Shown here: positions 41,052 through 54,653 of the stretch, one piece after another
How positions within the stretch are numbered: the stretch's first letter is position 1
How the letters are laid out: the number at the start of each line of letters is the position of its first letter
Assembly (NCBI RefSeq): GCF_006345805.1
Contig: NC_043006.1
Location: 47,864,001-47,928,000 of the forward strand
Direction: 5' to 3'
DNA: 64,000 nt
Source of the DNA: Octopus sinensis
Taxonomy: Eukaryota
Made by a program: the position numbers and the translations under genes
Notes under the pieces: model-generated
Database searches by the model: none
What the model saw: only the letters and a program-made list of their open reading frames with translations
What the model was told of the DNA's origin: nothing

Positions 41052-42269
41052 CTAAGGAAAGACAAATAAGGGCAACTAATTCTTCATAACCTACTTCCTC
41101 GTGCTTCATAGCTATTTGAGAACATACGAAACTGAAAATCCATTTGTAATAATTTCTAAAGATTATTTTTACCTTTTTAGATCTCTCATGCACTTGGACA
41201 ATATTCCAAAACTGTATTTGCTCTTTGTTCGACATTTGAAATCAACGATTTTTATGTTTGGTATCACTGACGTTATTTTAGTTCTATGTAAGACATATTT
41301 TACTTGCTAATATTTCTTATTTCTTTATTACCCACAAGGGGCTAAACATAGAGGACAAACAAGGACAGACAAACGGGTTATATATCTTAGTATGGATACA
41401 ACTGACGTACTTTCTTTGCACCAAACACTGTCGTCTTCATTTCTGTCTTCATTATTATTCATTTTTATATTATTTTTACATATTTATGAATTTTTCCTGT
41501 CTTCACCTATTTCTATTAAATAATTAATCTAAGATAGAATTTTCCTTGCATCTGCGAAATATTTAGGAATATTGCTGATATATCTATGTGTGTGTCTGTG
41601 TGTGTGTGAATTATAAGTATAATTCGTGTGCCTTTAAACTGGCACATTTGTCAAGATGAAGGCGAAAACGACATTTCTAATGGCATTTTTACACAGCAGC
41701 TTGAATTTTACGTGTGATTCAACCTTGAATCTAATCCTTCGGGTTTTGTTAAAATATGCGCTTAATGAAATACTTCGTGCCTTCCGCTTTTAGTGGAAAT
41801 GAATATCTGGGAATACAAACATAAAAAAAAACACAATAGTTTGCATGTACAAACATGTACAAACGTCCGTATGTATAAACATAAAAAACAAGAGTCTGCA
41901 AAAAATTCGTGATGTATCAACAGAAATGGGAACCTCATTACAGGTGTTCATAGCTATATTTAGACTTAGATATGTTTTTAAGAATTTCGCTTGACAATCA
42001 TTTACTTCTTTGTTCAATTCAACTGCGTAGTCGCTTGCACAGATGACTTACCCTCTTATATCAATGTATTCTGATTTGAAGTTGCCAGAATAAAACTTGG
42101 TGAGAACTCGAAACAAACGTAGACATTTCCGCTTTCATGACAGGCTAAGCAGTTTGTAGGCATTTGTGTTTGAATTTTTGTACATATTCGGTGTTTATGT
42201 CAACCGGCATGTAAAAAAAAACTGAGAAATGTATCAGACTGAATAAATATTTGCATATTTATTCATAAC

Positions 42270-42655
42270 ATGGCAATGTGGTAAGTAGCTTGCTTACCAA
42301 CCATATGGTTCCGGGTTCAGTCCCACTGCGTGGCACCTTGGGCAAGTGTCTTCTACTATAGCCTCAGACCGACCAAAGCGTTGTGAGTGGATTTAGTAGA
42401 CGGAAACTGAAAGAAGCCTGTCGTATATATGTATATGTGTGTGTGTTTGTGTGTCTGCGTTTGTCCCCCCAACATCGCTTGACAACCGATGCTGGTGTGT
42501 TTATGTCCCCATAGCTTAGCGGTTCGGCAAAAGAGACCGATAGAATAAGTACTAGGCTTCCAAAGAATAAGCCTTGGGGTCGATTTGCTCGACTAAAGGC
42601 AGTGCTCCAGCATGGCCACAGATAAATGACTTAAACAAGTAAAAGAGTAAAAGAG
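42270..42655 (+). mobile_element. SINE family A
   Basis: tggtaagtagcttgcttaccaaccatatggttccgggttcagtccc...aaagagtaaaagag. Confidence 0.9.
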
Positions 42656-43349
42656 CAAGTTCACAAAGAAAATATGCTGAGCGCTGTAGTGTATGCCTTA
42701 AGAGAATAACCTCTCCCTTTTAGACAACTGTGGTCTCAACATTCTCGTCTCACTGGCGCACGGTATTGTCGCACACGGGTTTTTCGACATGTGGTATTGC
42801 GATAACCAGAGGCACCCGGACGTTTGAGGGTGAAAGCTGCTGGATTTCTTTATGTTTTCAGCGAATAGAGTTGTTTGCTGATCGGTGCTTATATCTGCCA
42901 ACTGAAAAATAAATTTTGTTTTGTCTACAATGAAGACACTATGGTATGAAACTGAAACTATTGTTGTCCGTTTCGCCGGCTGAAATCCATAAATTCGCTG
43001 CACTTCCATAGCAGCAACCTCTTACCTGATGAAACTAGTAACAGAATAATAACGTAAAGTTAATAATAGAATAACAACGTATAGTTAATAATAGTTAGGA
43101 CATCAACGATCACAAAAGAATAAAAACAAACCAATGGTTTACATAATTATCAGCAACAAGCTTATCTAAAGACGAATGATTCGCATGACTTGCATAATAC
43201 AATATATACGTGCCATTAACATCTTTCCTCCATTTCTGCTCAGTTAAATAGTTTCATTAGACAATCCAGAAATAACAAAAGATTTAAATACCGAACCAAA
43301 ATCATTAAAAATTTCAAAATGATGTTTCTATTTATTTATCTATTTCTTT

Positions 43350-43372
43350 ATTACTGTGATTATTATTATCAC

Positions 43373-43407
<35 letters not shown>

Positions 43408-43430
43408 TATTATTATTATTATTATTATTA

Positions 43431-43517
<87 letters not shown>

Positions 43518-43543
43518 TATTATTATTATTATTATTATTATTT

Positions 43544-43575
<32 letters not shown>

Positions 43576-43600
43576 ATTATTATTATTGTTACTAGTAGTA
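43350..43600. repeat. (ATT)n microsatellite
   Basis: Direct reading. Confidence 0.95.
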
Positions 43601-44303
43601 GTAGTATCCAAAAATTTCCGTTTTACATTAATTGATGTTGTTGATAGCTTTTTATCTTTTTCCAGTTTTCGTCTCTTCGCTTTGTTTCATTTTCAGATCT
43701 TATCAGTATTTCGCAAGGGAGGGGTTACTCTGGCATTGATGTAATAATGCTCTTTTGTTCCTATTTATATGCCGTAATGAAGGAATGCTACCCCCCACCT
43801 CTAAAAAAATAATATAAAGAAAAAAACAGGGGAAAAATTCAATTTTTCTATAATTTTCATTTTACTAAAACCATAAAAAAATTCTGTATTACGTATTTTT
43901 ATTTATTGCTTTGTGATTAAATTTTTTTATGTATATAATTAAAAATAAAAAGTAATAATTAAAAATATTTTGAAATTTATAAAAAAAATAAATAATAAAT
44001 ACATATTATAATTGATTAGGAAAATATAATAAACTGAAATAAAAGCTATAATTATGAATAACAAATTTGCTAGGAAGAAAGAATGAAGTCAGCGAGACAG
44101 AGAGGAATCAGGATATTGCCGTTTTTGAATGTCTATGGAGGGTAAAAATATTGCAATGTCAGGCATTTCAAGAATGAACGTGTTGATTTGACTAGGAGAA
44201 TGAAGAGCGTATTGGAATTAAAAAGAAATTAAGGCGGAAGTGACGAGACATCGTGTTAAGAGACAGGAATTAAGATTGATTAATTCTTATATATATATAT
44301 ATA

Positions 44304-44341
<38 letters not shown>

Positions 44342-44688
44342 CATATCTATACACACATACACACACGCATACATAATTCTGTATATAAAACTGTTAACAC
44401 GTTTAGATATTTCTATATTTATTTTTGAACGTTTATTTTGTGGAAGGTTTTTTTTTTTCTGTTACTAATATTGATAGTTTTCGTTACATATTTTTCTCTT
44501 TTACTTCTTCTGCTATTAATTTTATTGTTGTTGACGTTCTTGTCGATATTGTTATTGACAGTTCTACTGTTGCTGTTGTTGTTGTTGTTGTTGCTGTTGT
44601 TGTTGTTGCTATTGTTGATGTTGTTTTATCGATTATTTCCAGTCGATTATATCTTTCCAAAAGATTTCTGTGTTGATGTTAATCTCAC

Positions 44689-44727
<39 letters not shown>

Positions 44728-44921
44728 TTCCTTTTTTTCCTTCTTTCTTTTATTCCATCGTTTTGTCTTATTCTTTTCTTACTGTTCTTTATTTCTATTA
44801 AATATTCCTTTTTTGCTATTAAATTCTTTTTCTGTGCGTTTCTACTTCGTTGTATTTGAATTTAATTGAATAGTTGGTTAGTCAGGGTGATATAAAAACA
44901 ACAACAACAACAAAAACAATA

Positions 44922-44965
<44 letters not shown>

Positions 44966-45342
44966 GATGATGAGGATGATGATGATGATGATAAATATAA
45001 AAGAGAAAATTATAAATATGAGAATGTGAGAATGAAGATGGTGAGGATGAGAAACATGAAGATATTGACGATAGCGACGAAATTGGTGATGATAATGATG
45101 ATGAAAAAGATGATAATGACGATCATGATGATTATAATAATGATCGCGATGAAGATGATTTTTGTCAGATATAATACAAAATATTTCAGGTCACCAGCTA
45201 TTTGCGAGAATAAATATATCCACCACTAAACACATCCCCTCACAGCTAAATATCACTAACTATATAAATAACACTATTCAGAATTTTTAAAAGAAGAGAA
45301 ATAATGATGATGATGACAATAATGATAATAATAATAATAATA

Positions 45343-45388
<46 letters not shown>

Positions 45389-45451
45389 TCCAAAAATATC
45401 CAACAAAATTAATCTAGTTAAAATAGGCCAAAATTTGCAAGCGGGGGTTAC

Positions 45452-45496
45452 CTGGAGATAACCATTGAGAAAGTTGTTTAAATGTCTACCTCTAAG
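45452..45496 (-). CDS. Candidate internal exon, phase 0-0 (LRGRHLNNFLNGYLQ)
   Basis: Acceptor gtcgttttctcttcatag, donor CAG|GTAACC, 45 nt, one open frame. Confidence 0.4.
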
Positions 45497-45904
45497 CTAT
45501 GAAGAGAAAACGACAGCTGCATATAACGTATTTATAATGCTAATGACTCATGTACATCCATTAGAGGTAGTTAATGATTTTTTATATGTAGTGTCGTTTA
45601 TGCAGTGTCTGCTGCCCGCTAGGTCGGTAGGCAATTTATCTGTTTAATTGTAACTGCATTTCGCTGTCTATCGCATTTTAGCACATAGGAACCTTCTTAA
45701 TTTCACTCTCTGTTTCTCACTGTCATTCTCTTTCTCTCCCTCTGTCTTGCTCTCTCTCATTTTCTCTCTCGCTCTGTTCTCATAATTTATTTATTCTATA
45801 TGTTTTCTCTCCGTTTTTGCACGTATCCGCCTCCATAGGCGTATATACTCGCCCGCGACCACACACATGCATATATACATGTGTGTATGTATTTATGTAT
45901 ATAT

Positions 45905-45959
<55 letters not shown>

Positions 45960-46679
45960 GCACTTACATATATATATATATGCATATATGTATGTATGTA
46001 TATTTATATATATATATATATACAAATGTATATTCATACCTAAACACATGTATATATGCCTGTATATAGATGTATGTATATATTACACAAATGCACGCAT
46101 ATATGCCCACACATCCATGTATATATGTATTTGCGTACATGTGTGTGCCTCTGTGTGTGTGTATGTGTGTGTGTGTGCGTGTCTGTGTGTGTCATTGCTG
46201 TATGTTAAAAGTATTCATATTTTGGTGTGTTTTTCATAGATGTTGTCGGTCTTTAGATATATATAAAATATAAACGAAGAATGTAAATTGGAAAAAAGTC
46301 AGATGAATAATTTCCTTTGAGGTGTAAAAAAATGCAACTGGTATCTTAAAGTTAAAATAATGATATGCTCTCATATACACACAAAAAATCTGATACACAC
46401 ATATATAACTTACTGTGACTGTCTCAATGAGTGTCCGTGTGCGGGTGTGTGCGTGTGAATCTCTGTGTGTGAGCAGCAGTGTGCGTGTGCATCTTTGTAA
46501 GTGGTTGTATTTGTGTGTGCATGTGGTTCTGTGCATTATAAGTCGTTGATATTTTTTGAACTAATGTGATTTTATCTAATGCTAAATCAGCAAAATCCGA
46601 GATATGTGTGTCAGTACATATCCGTAGGTATGTAACCTATATATTTGGAGAGCATATATCTTATGTGTGCTTAAATATG

Positions 46680-46683
46680 TATA

Positions 46684-46723
<40 letters not shown>

Positions 46724-46739
46724 TATAATATATATATAT

Positions 46740-46810
<71 letters not shown>

Positions 46811-46815
46811 GATAG

Positions 46816-46879
<64 letters not shown>

Positions 46880-46884
46880 GGATG

Positions 46885-46956
<72 letters not shown>

Positions 46957-46957
46957 T
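46680..46957. repeat. (TA)n then (GATA)n microsatellite
   Basis: Direct reading. Confidence 0.95.
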
Positions 46958-48094
46958 GTTTCTTTATTAGCCACACAGGGCTGCACACAGATAGAACAAA
47001 TTACAAGGTAGAGCTTTTCTTTTGAAGGTTTAAAAAAAAAAAAAAAAAAAAGGAAGGGGGAGTTTCGATCAAAAGGGATCGTAAAAGGAGAGAAAGAGGA
47101 CAAAAAAAAGGGGGGTTAAAAAAAAAAAAAAAAAGGGGGAGAGGAAAAAAAAAAAAAAAAAAAAAATTGATCAATAGGGATCGTTATCACAGAAATGTCA
47201 ATATGAAGTGTAAAGGGGAGGACAGGTGAGGTTTACCCGTGGAAAGAAAAGCCTACGGAAAAGACCACGGTAACCTCGGTCAATGAAGTCACATTTTATA
47301 TTTCTTTTTTTTTTTTTTTTTTTGCAAATAAGCAACTCTCTGTTTTCGATTTCTGGGTTCATAGGACTATGCTCAAGGTGGCTTCGTCATTCATACGTGC
47401 CATTCTTGCTACATTCACCCATCTTTTTTTAAAACATTCGCTAGACAAAACTTGCCTCTCTACTCTCACTTTCCTTTTCAAGTGGTACTTGAAGAAGTTG
47501 ATGAGAGATTGACCAGAGAGGAAAGTGTTTGTCTCCAATCCTTTCAGACGCGTCCACCAGATACATTCTTTCGCCATAGCCACAAGGATGATGAAAATAG
47601 CTCTTTCTTCCCGTTTGAAGGAAGGAGGCGTGACAATATTGACGATAGACTCAGCTGATAAACCGACTCGTCCCACACGTGACAGCAGTTGTTCGACATA
47701 AGCCCACAGGTCGGAAATTGTTGGACACTGAACGAGTGCGTGCAGAACGGTTTCGTCGCTCTGACCGCATCTCGGGCAGGTCGGCCCCGTGTTTCTCGAG
47801 CCGTGTCTGTAGAGCTTATCCCGAACGGGTAGCGCTTCTCGGTAGCACTGCCAGGCCAGGGATCTCTGGAAGTTGTCCATGGGCCCTGGCCCGAAAGTCG
47901 TCCCGAACAGGCGGGTCAGGTACTCCTCGTCGACGTCCAGGTTCGCCCCGAGCTCGTCGTCGTACCTCCCCTCCACTAAACCCCTATAGAATGCTTTGGT
48001 TGTGTTGAAGTCACTTAAGGTCGACCCAGGACGGCAGAGTTGCTTGAGAGCAACGCGACACTCGCGGTGCCATTCGCCCTTCCTCGGCCTCTTT
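46958..48094 (-). mobile_element. 5'-truncated Tx1/L1-clade LINE
   Basis: ORF2 C-terminus open for about 245 codons, followed by a 3' UTR ending in a stem-loop plus AATAAAGAAAC next to (ATCT)n. Confidence 0.9.
47359..48093 (-). CDS. LINE ORF2 C-terminal fragment with zf-RVT-type zinc knuckle
   Basis: LAWQCYREALPVRDKLYRHG..TCPRCGQSDETVLHALVQCP and MAKECIWWTR. The frame stays open upstream of the tracked start (KRPRKGEWHRECRVALKQL). Confidence 0.85.
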   Translation of the reverse strand, partial: KRPRKGEWHRECRVALKQLCRPGSTLSDFNTTKAFYRGLVEGRYDDELGANLDVDEEYLTRLFGTTFGPGPMDNFQRSLAWQCYREALPVRDKLYRHGSRNTGPTCPRCGQSDETVLHALVQCPTISDLWAYVEQLLSRVGRVGLSAESIVNIVTPPSFKREERAIFIILVAMAKECIWWTRLKGLETNTFLSGQSLINFFKYHLKRKVRVERQVLSSECFKKRWVNVARMARMNDEATLSIVL

Positions 48095-48098
48095 AGAT

Positions 48099-48600
48099 AT
48101 TATAATTTAGGGTATCACCATGCTGGAAATAGCAGCCAAAACGTGACTCTAAAACCACATTAAATGTTCATACAGCACCAGGAGAGAAACCAAAAAGACA
48201 AAATAATCTTGCAAACAAATTACTGGATAATTCCAGATCCCGGATTTCTGTCTCTACATAAGAAATGCTTTGCCTCATCAGTAGAATATACACAGCACAT
48301 AAATGCAGATATATATATATGTAACATTCCAATATTTACATATACGAACGTATACGTTCATATATATGCACGTATGCACACGATCTTTTTTGCTAGTTTA
48401 TTTTGTCCTTTTTGCCTTCTCTCCTGGTGGTGTATGAACATTTAATGTGGTTTTAGAATCAAGCTTTTGCTGCTATTTCCAGCATGGTGGTATCTCTTAG
48501 ATATCCTAAATTATAATTTAAAAATAATTATTACTTTGAAAGTTTTTATTCCCATGCTGGCCACTTGATAAGATCGAAATTTTAAATAACGATCTTATCC
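48099..48600. mobile_element. Fold-back pLTR-like element (about 90-100-bp inverted arms, 48099-48188 / 48417-48517)
   Basis: ttataatttagg..catgctggaaatagcagc..aaaaccacattaaatgttcataca occurs in both orientations. Sibling at 55993-56275. Confidence 0.85.
48230..48287 (-). ncRNA. Hammerhead-like motif in the loop of the fold-back
   Basis: AUUCUA-CUGAUGA-GGC...GACA-GAAA-UCC G GGA-UC-UGGAAU. Stem II is degenerate. Confidence 0.55.
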
Positions 48601-48609
48601 TTATGTAAT

Positions 48610-48824
<215 letters not shown>

Positions 48825-49143
48825 TGCATGCATACATATATGGAAGGAAGCTATTTTGTCAGTTCTTTATCGCAAAGTTGTTTAATGATTTCTTTGTTTG
48901 ATTCTTTGATGCGCGGCCATAAAGGCGTTCCACCTCGAAGTGTTTTTGTCATAATCGTTGTATTATTGATATAAGGCTGTTATTAATTTTCAGCGATTCT
49001 ATTTTATATTATGGGCGAGAAATTGGATGTACAATTTTCGGCATTGATGAGCAAAAGGTTATAAACATATTATCATTGTGTGTTTTAAAGAATTCTCAAA
49101 CTAAAAATCTCTTTCTGAAATATGTATGTAGAAAACTTACGGT

Positions 49144-49325
49144 GTAGGCGCAGGAGTAGCTGTGTGGTAAGTAGCTTGCTTACCAGCCACATGGTTCCAG
49201 GTTCATTCCAACTGCGTGGCACTCTGGGCTAGTGTCTTCTAAAGCCACGGGCCGACCAAAGCGTTGTGAGTGGATTTGGTAAACAGAAACTGAAAGAAGC
49301 CTGTCGTATATGTATATATATATAA

Positions 49326-49380
<55 letters not shown>

Positions 49381-49605
49381 GTGTGTGTGTGTGTGTGTGT
49401 TTGCGTGCGTGTGTGTGTGTGTGTATGTTTGTGTGTGACCCCAATATCGCTTGACAACCGATGGTGGTGTGATTACGTCCCCGATAGAATAAGTACCAGG
49501 CTTAGAAAAAATAAGTTCTGGGGTCGATTTGCTCGGCTAAAGGCGGTGCTCCAGCATATCCGCATTCAAATAAACTTTTCTCAACAACACTAAGAGTAAA
49601 AGAAG
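49144..49605 (+). mobile_element. SINE family A
   Basis: aggcgcaggagtagctgtgtggtaagtagcttgc... Confidence 0.85.
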
Positions 49606-50198
49606 CTTTATATGACACATTCTACCAGTGTCCGAAGTTTGAAATTGTTTTGTTACAAAAGATCAATTTCTCGATCTGCAGTTGAAAGGGAAAGGATCCA
49701 ATTTGGCGACGAACTGAAAGCCATTTTCTTCCAAACTTATTCAGTAAACGAACTGCTTGTTATTTAATTTTGCACTCCTTAATACATGAATTTTATGCAA
49801 AGGCGACCTCGGCAGAATTTTGAAACTAGACATAAAGCCAAAAGAATACCGCTAAGTATTTTGTTCGCTGCGCTAACAGTTCTGCCAGGTCACCGATGTG
49901 ATGGTTTCACATTATCGCACAAGACCAGCAATTTTACGGTAGGTGTTATATCGATTACATTGATAATAGTGTTAAACTGGTACTTATTTTATCGACCCAA
50001 AAAGATGAAAGGCAAATTCGTCCTCGACGTAATCTGAACTCAGAATGAAAAACATGAAAAAATACTGCTAAGCACTAAGTCCGTAGTTCTAAAAATTCAA
50101 CGACCGAAAATAGCATTTGTCGGCGCTTTTTATCACGCCTTGTATAACATTTCAACATTGTAACCAGAGGTGACTATGGTGATACAGTGTCTGATTAC

Positions 50199-50302
50199 CG
50201 ATTGATACATCTCAGTTTTATCACTGATCAAGATATTAAGCTTCCCTTTTGTTATTTTGTATAATGATGTAATATGACTTGCGAATTTAAGCACTGGTTG
50301 CA
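50199..50302 (-). CDS. Candidate internal exon, phase 1-0 (xQPVLKFASHITSLYKITKGKLNILISDKTEMYQS)
   Basis: Acceptor catactaattatacag, donor TCG|GTAATC. Phases fit the neighbouring candidates. Confidence 0.25.
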
Positions 50303-50539
50303 CTGTATAATTAGTATGTATTGAGCATGAGATATACATAAAAATACATACGTGCGCAAACATAGCTACAGGAAAATGTACAAACACGCATAAGCAAAGG
50401 CACGCAACATAGGCACACATACACTCATACGCACACACACGTGCGCGCACACAAACATGTGTATGTATGTATGTATGTATGTATGTATGCATGCATGCAT
50501 GTATGTATGTATTGTGTATGTATGTATATATGTATGTGT

Positions 50540-50832
50540 GGAGGCGCAATGGCCCAGTGGTTAGGGCAGCGGACTCGTGGTCGGAGGATCACGGTTTCGA
50601 TTTCCAGACCGGACGTTGTGCGTCTTAATTGAGCGAAAACACCTAAAGCTCCACGAGGCTCCAACAGTGGGTGGTGGTGATCCCTGTTGTACTCTTTCGC
50701 CTCAACTTTCTCTCATTCTCTCTTCCTGTTTCTTGAGTAACGCTGCGATGGACTAGCGTCCCGTCTAGTTGGGGTGAACACATACGCCACAGAAACCAGG
50801 AAACCGGGCCCATGGCTAGGCTTGAAAAGGCA
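50540..50832 (+). mobile_element. SINE variant E
   Basis: ggaggcgcaatggcccagtggttagggcagcggactcg...ggtttcgatttcc. Confidence 0.9.
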
Positions 50833-51624
50833 GCATTACTAAAAAAAATGTATGTATATAGGCATCGTTGCGGATTCAGTTTCACTGGGTGGAAATTGCG
50901 CAAGCGCTTTTCTAAATAGCCTAGTGCTGCCCAAAGCCTTGTGAGCGCATTTGATATACAGAAAAGCACACTTGTGTAACTATGTACGTGCGTTAGTATA
51001 TTCAAAGTAGTAGCATCAACATTGTTTCTATATTTCAAGCGTTTGTGCTATTCCAACTTATATTTCTTAAAGTGTTTGCACGATTCATAGCATTTTTTTT
51101 TCAGCGCAAAATCTCATTCAATACGTCTGAGCCACTGAAATATGTTCGATGTGTCAAAATAGTAATTTCATTGAATTTACATTTTCAGAAGTAACATCGG
51201 TTTCTGTTCTGACAAACATCTGTTTGTATAGCTAAAGCTGTTTATGTGAAATTTGTGAGCGAGATGAAAGCCATTTTTTACCATGCTTATTCAGTAAACG
51301 AACAGTTACTTGTTTCGTTTTTAACTCCAGTATATTTGTCATGTATGTATTTCGTATCCGTTAATCATTGATAACAAAACATAACACGATTCATAACAAT
51401 GATGAATATCACGAGATAATACTTATTGCAGATAACAAAAACAAAAAATATGCAAAAACAAAAATAGGCAAACTTTAAGGGAGACATAATCAAACTTGCC
51501 TTGACATTTATAGAAAACTCTTTGATGTTGAACAGTCGAAGAAAATAAGATCCCGTTAATAAATTTAAGCACCAATTAAAGATTCTACGTTCAGTGAAAA
51601 TCCTACATAAATATTAGTTTCGAA

Positions 51625-52362
51625 TTTTGGCACAAGGCGAGCAATTTGGGGGGAGGCGATGAGACGATTACATCGACTCCAATATTGAACTGGTACTTAA
51701 CTTATCCAACCCGAAAGAATGAAAGGCAAAGTCAACCTCAGCGGAATTTGAACTCAGAACATGGAGATAGGTGAAATGCCACTAACGACTCTTATTTCTT
51801 TATTGCCCACAAGGGGCTAAACATAGAGAGGACAAACAAGGACAGAGAAAGGGAATGAGTCGATTACATCGACTCCAGCGCGTAACTGCTACTTAATTTA
51901 TCGACCCCGAAAGGATAAAAGGCAAACTCAGAACTGTAGATAGGCGAAATACCTAATTCTGTTTCTTTACTACCCACAAGGGTTAAACACAGATGGTACA
52001 GACAAGGACAGACAAACGGATAAAGTTGATTATATCGACCCCAGTGCGTAAGTGGTACTTATTCAATCGACCCCGAAAGGATGAAAGGCAAAGTCGACCT
52101 CGGAGGAATTTGAACTCAGAACGTAAGGGCAGACGAAATACCTATTTCTTTACTACCCAGAAGGGCTAAACACAGAGGAGACAAACAAGGACAGACAAAG
52201 GGAATAAGTCGATTAAATCGACCCCAACGCGTAACTGGTACATCCGAAAGGATGAAAGGCAAAGTCAACCTTGGCTGAATTTGAACTCAGAACGTAGCGG
52301 CAGACGAAATACCACAAAGCATTTCGCCCGGCGTGCTAACGATTCTGCCAGCTCACAGCCTT
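51625..52362 (-). mobile_element. Tandem array of SINE family B units (one head, three type-2 tails, plus one type-1-tail copy)
   Basis: Units restart at about 51793, 51961 and 52142. Confidence 0.9.
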
Positions 52363-52469
52363 AGCTCAGCATAGATATTGAAACCTAGCGATGCATGCAA
52401 TCGACACAGGAACAAAGCATGCAAAACCGAATGCTAATGATGCTGCTCCTATCTGCTCACAATTTTGAT

Positions 52470-52985
52470 GAATAAAGATATCTCAAGAAATAAACAAATA
52501 CTAAGTTGATTATCACACGCGGGAAAAGATGACACTCGTACCCACAAATGCAAAACTATACTCAATACATACGATACCAACAGTTAAAAAATGCAGACAA
52601 CCTAATAGTGGAGCGTGCCCATACCTAACTGAAGGCTCGGAATTCCCATTTCAGCAAAGGAGAAAATTATCAATTAAAAACAACTTCACATGTGCTTCCC
52701 AGAATCTTATCTATGTCCTAACTTGCTCAGGTTATGGTCACAATTATGGGGCCAAACGAGTCTTATTTTGAGACGCAGAGTCACGCTGCATAAAGAACAG
52801 ATTCATTTTCCTCAATACAGGCAGATAGTCCTGAGCGAACATATCGACAGATGCGCAAGAAATAAAACGCCGAATTTCCATGTCTTTCCATTATAACAAT
52901 GCAAACATGCAATCTCCTTACAAGACGCCTAAACAAGGAAAACCTGTTCATACAAAAGTACAGGCCACACCTTAAACTTGAACTT
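52470..52985 (+). pseudogene. Penelope-like element GIY-YIG endonuclease relic
   Basis: KKCRQPNSGACPYL...NNFTCASQNLIYVLTCSGYGHNY(frameshift)GQTSLILRRRVTLHKEQI...LSEHIDRC...KYRPHLN. Shows the Cys motif plus IY..C..C...YIGQT..R...H pattern. Confidence 0.85.
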
Positions 52986-53367
52986 CAAAAATTATACGGA
53001 AGAGTTAGTTGACCCCCTTGTTACCTGTTGCCTCCCTTGGCCCACTTTGCAGATTCATTCATATTTTTCAAGCATGCAAAATAGCGAGACCCCTTTGTCA
53101 CAAGAATTGATCACTTCACAATGTCCATTGAAAAGCTAATTTAAATAGCGAAAACCGGTTGGATATCACGACACCCATAAAATATGTATATATATATATA
53201 TTTTTTAATTCTTTATAAAAAGATATTAAACTATGTGGAACGAAAGAATTCCTCTTCCACTTTTTATATATGTTTTCCACATATTTTCAACTCATAATTT
53301 TGCTACGTGGTGTATACTGAATCTCCAGTATTTTTGCTACTTTTATATATGTACATACACACACACA

Positions 53368-53429
<62 letters not shown>

Positions 53430-54099
53430 CATACATACATACATACATACATACATACATACATACATACATACATACATACATACATACATGCATGCAT
53501 ACATACATACATATACATATATACAGACACATATGCATACATATAGACTCCCATATAACTTCTGTTTATCAAAATTACCAACAATGCATTGGTCAATTTC
53601 GGGTTTCTACTTGTAAACACTTGCCCAAGATCCTGACTGAACCAGAAACATGGTTACAAAGTGAGAGTCAAATGCGGCAAGGAATTTCTTGTCAAATAAG
53701 CAAATTTCATTCTAAATTCTCAGATACAAAAGAGGAGAATACTATCGGATGTGAATATAGAATCCCTTTACGAAACTGTGACCACATAGATTTTTATTTG
53801 TATAGTTGTTGAATGATTATTGCTGCCTTATATTTTCGTATTGGACCAGATGTACACTTCCATCTGAAAAGGCTATTACGTAAAACCTGGCGTCTGTGAA
53901 GTCTTAATAGCTTTAATTTAGTTCTATGTTTACTATTTCCTTATCATTCATTTCACATTGTTTATGCAATTTCATATTTAAGCATGTACGCAGATAGACG
54001 TGGGGAAAGGAGATAGACAGAGAGGGAGAGAGACATAGAGGGAGAACGAGTGAGTGAGAGAGAGTGGGTGTGTTATATCATTTATTTATTATTGTTTAT

Positions 54100-54414
54100 A
54101 TGTTTCAGTCACTCGCCTGCGTTCACCCTGAGGCACCTCCTTGAAGAATTTTTGCCAAATTTGTTGATCCCATTAGTTATCTTTTAAAATCTTCGTGCCG
54201 ATCCTATCGGTCCCTTAGGCCGAACCGCTAAGTTACAGAGTCGTAAACACACCAACACTGAGTGTCATGCGATGGTGGGGATTCAAACATGGATACATGT
54301 ATGTATTATTTGTGTGTGTATATATGTGTGTATATATACTAGAGGTGTCATCAGAAGTCTTGGCCCATGTTTTTCTTGAGGTTCAAGACATTTCATACAC
54401 CCCTCGTGTGTGTG

Positions 54415-54489
<75 letters not shown>

Positions 54490-54530
54490 TATATATATAT
54501 ACATACATACATACACACATACATATATAC

Positions 54531-54580
<50 letters not shown>

Positions 54581-54599
54581 AATTTGCTAGACAGAAGCC

Positions 54600-54653
<54 letters not shown>

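Noticed and set aside
42698-43009. 103-aa ORF over a CpG-rich island
   Set aside because: Several frames are open on both strands with no recognisable motif, so a product cannot be assigned.
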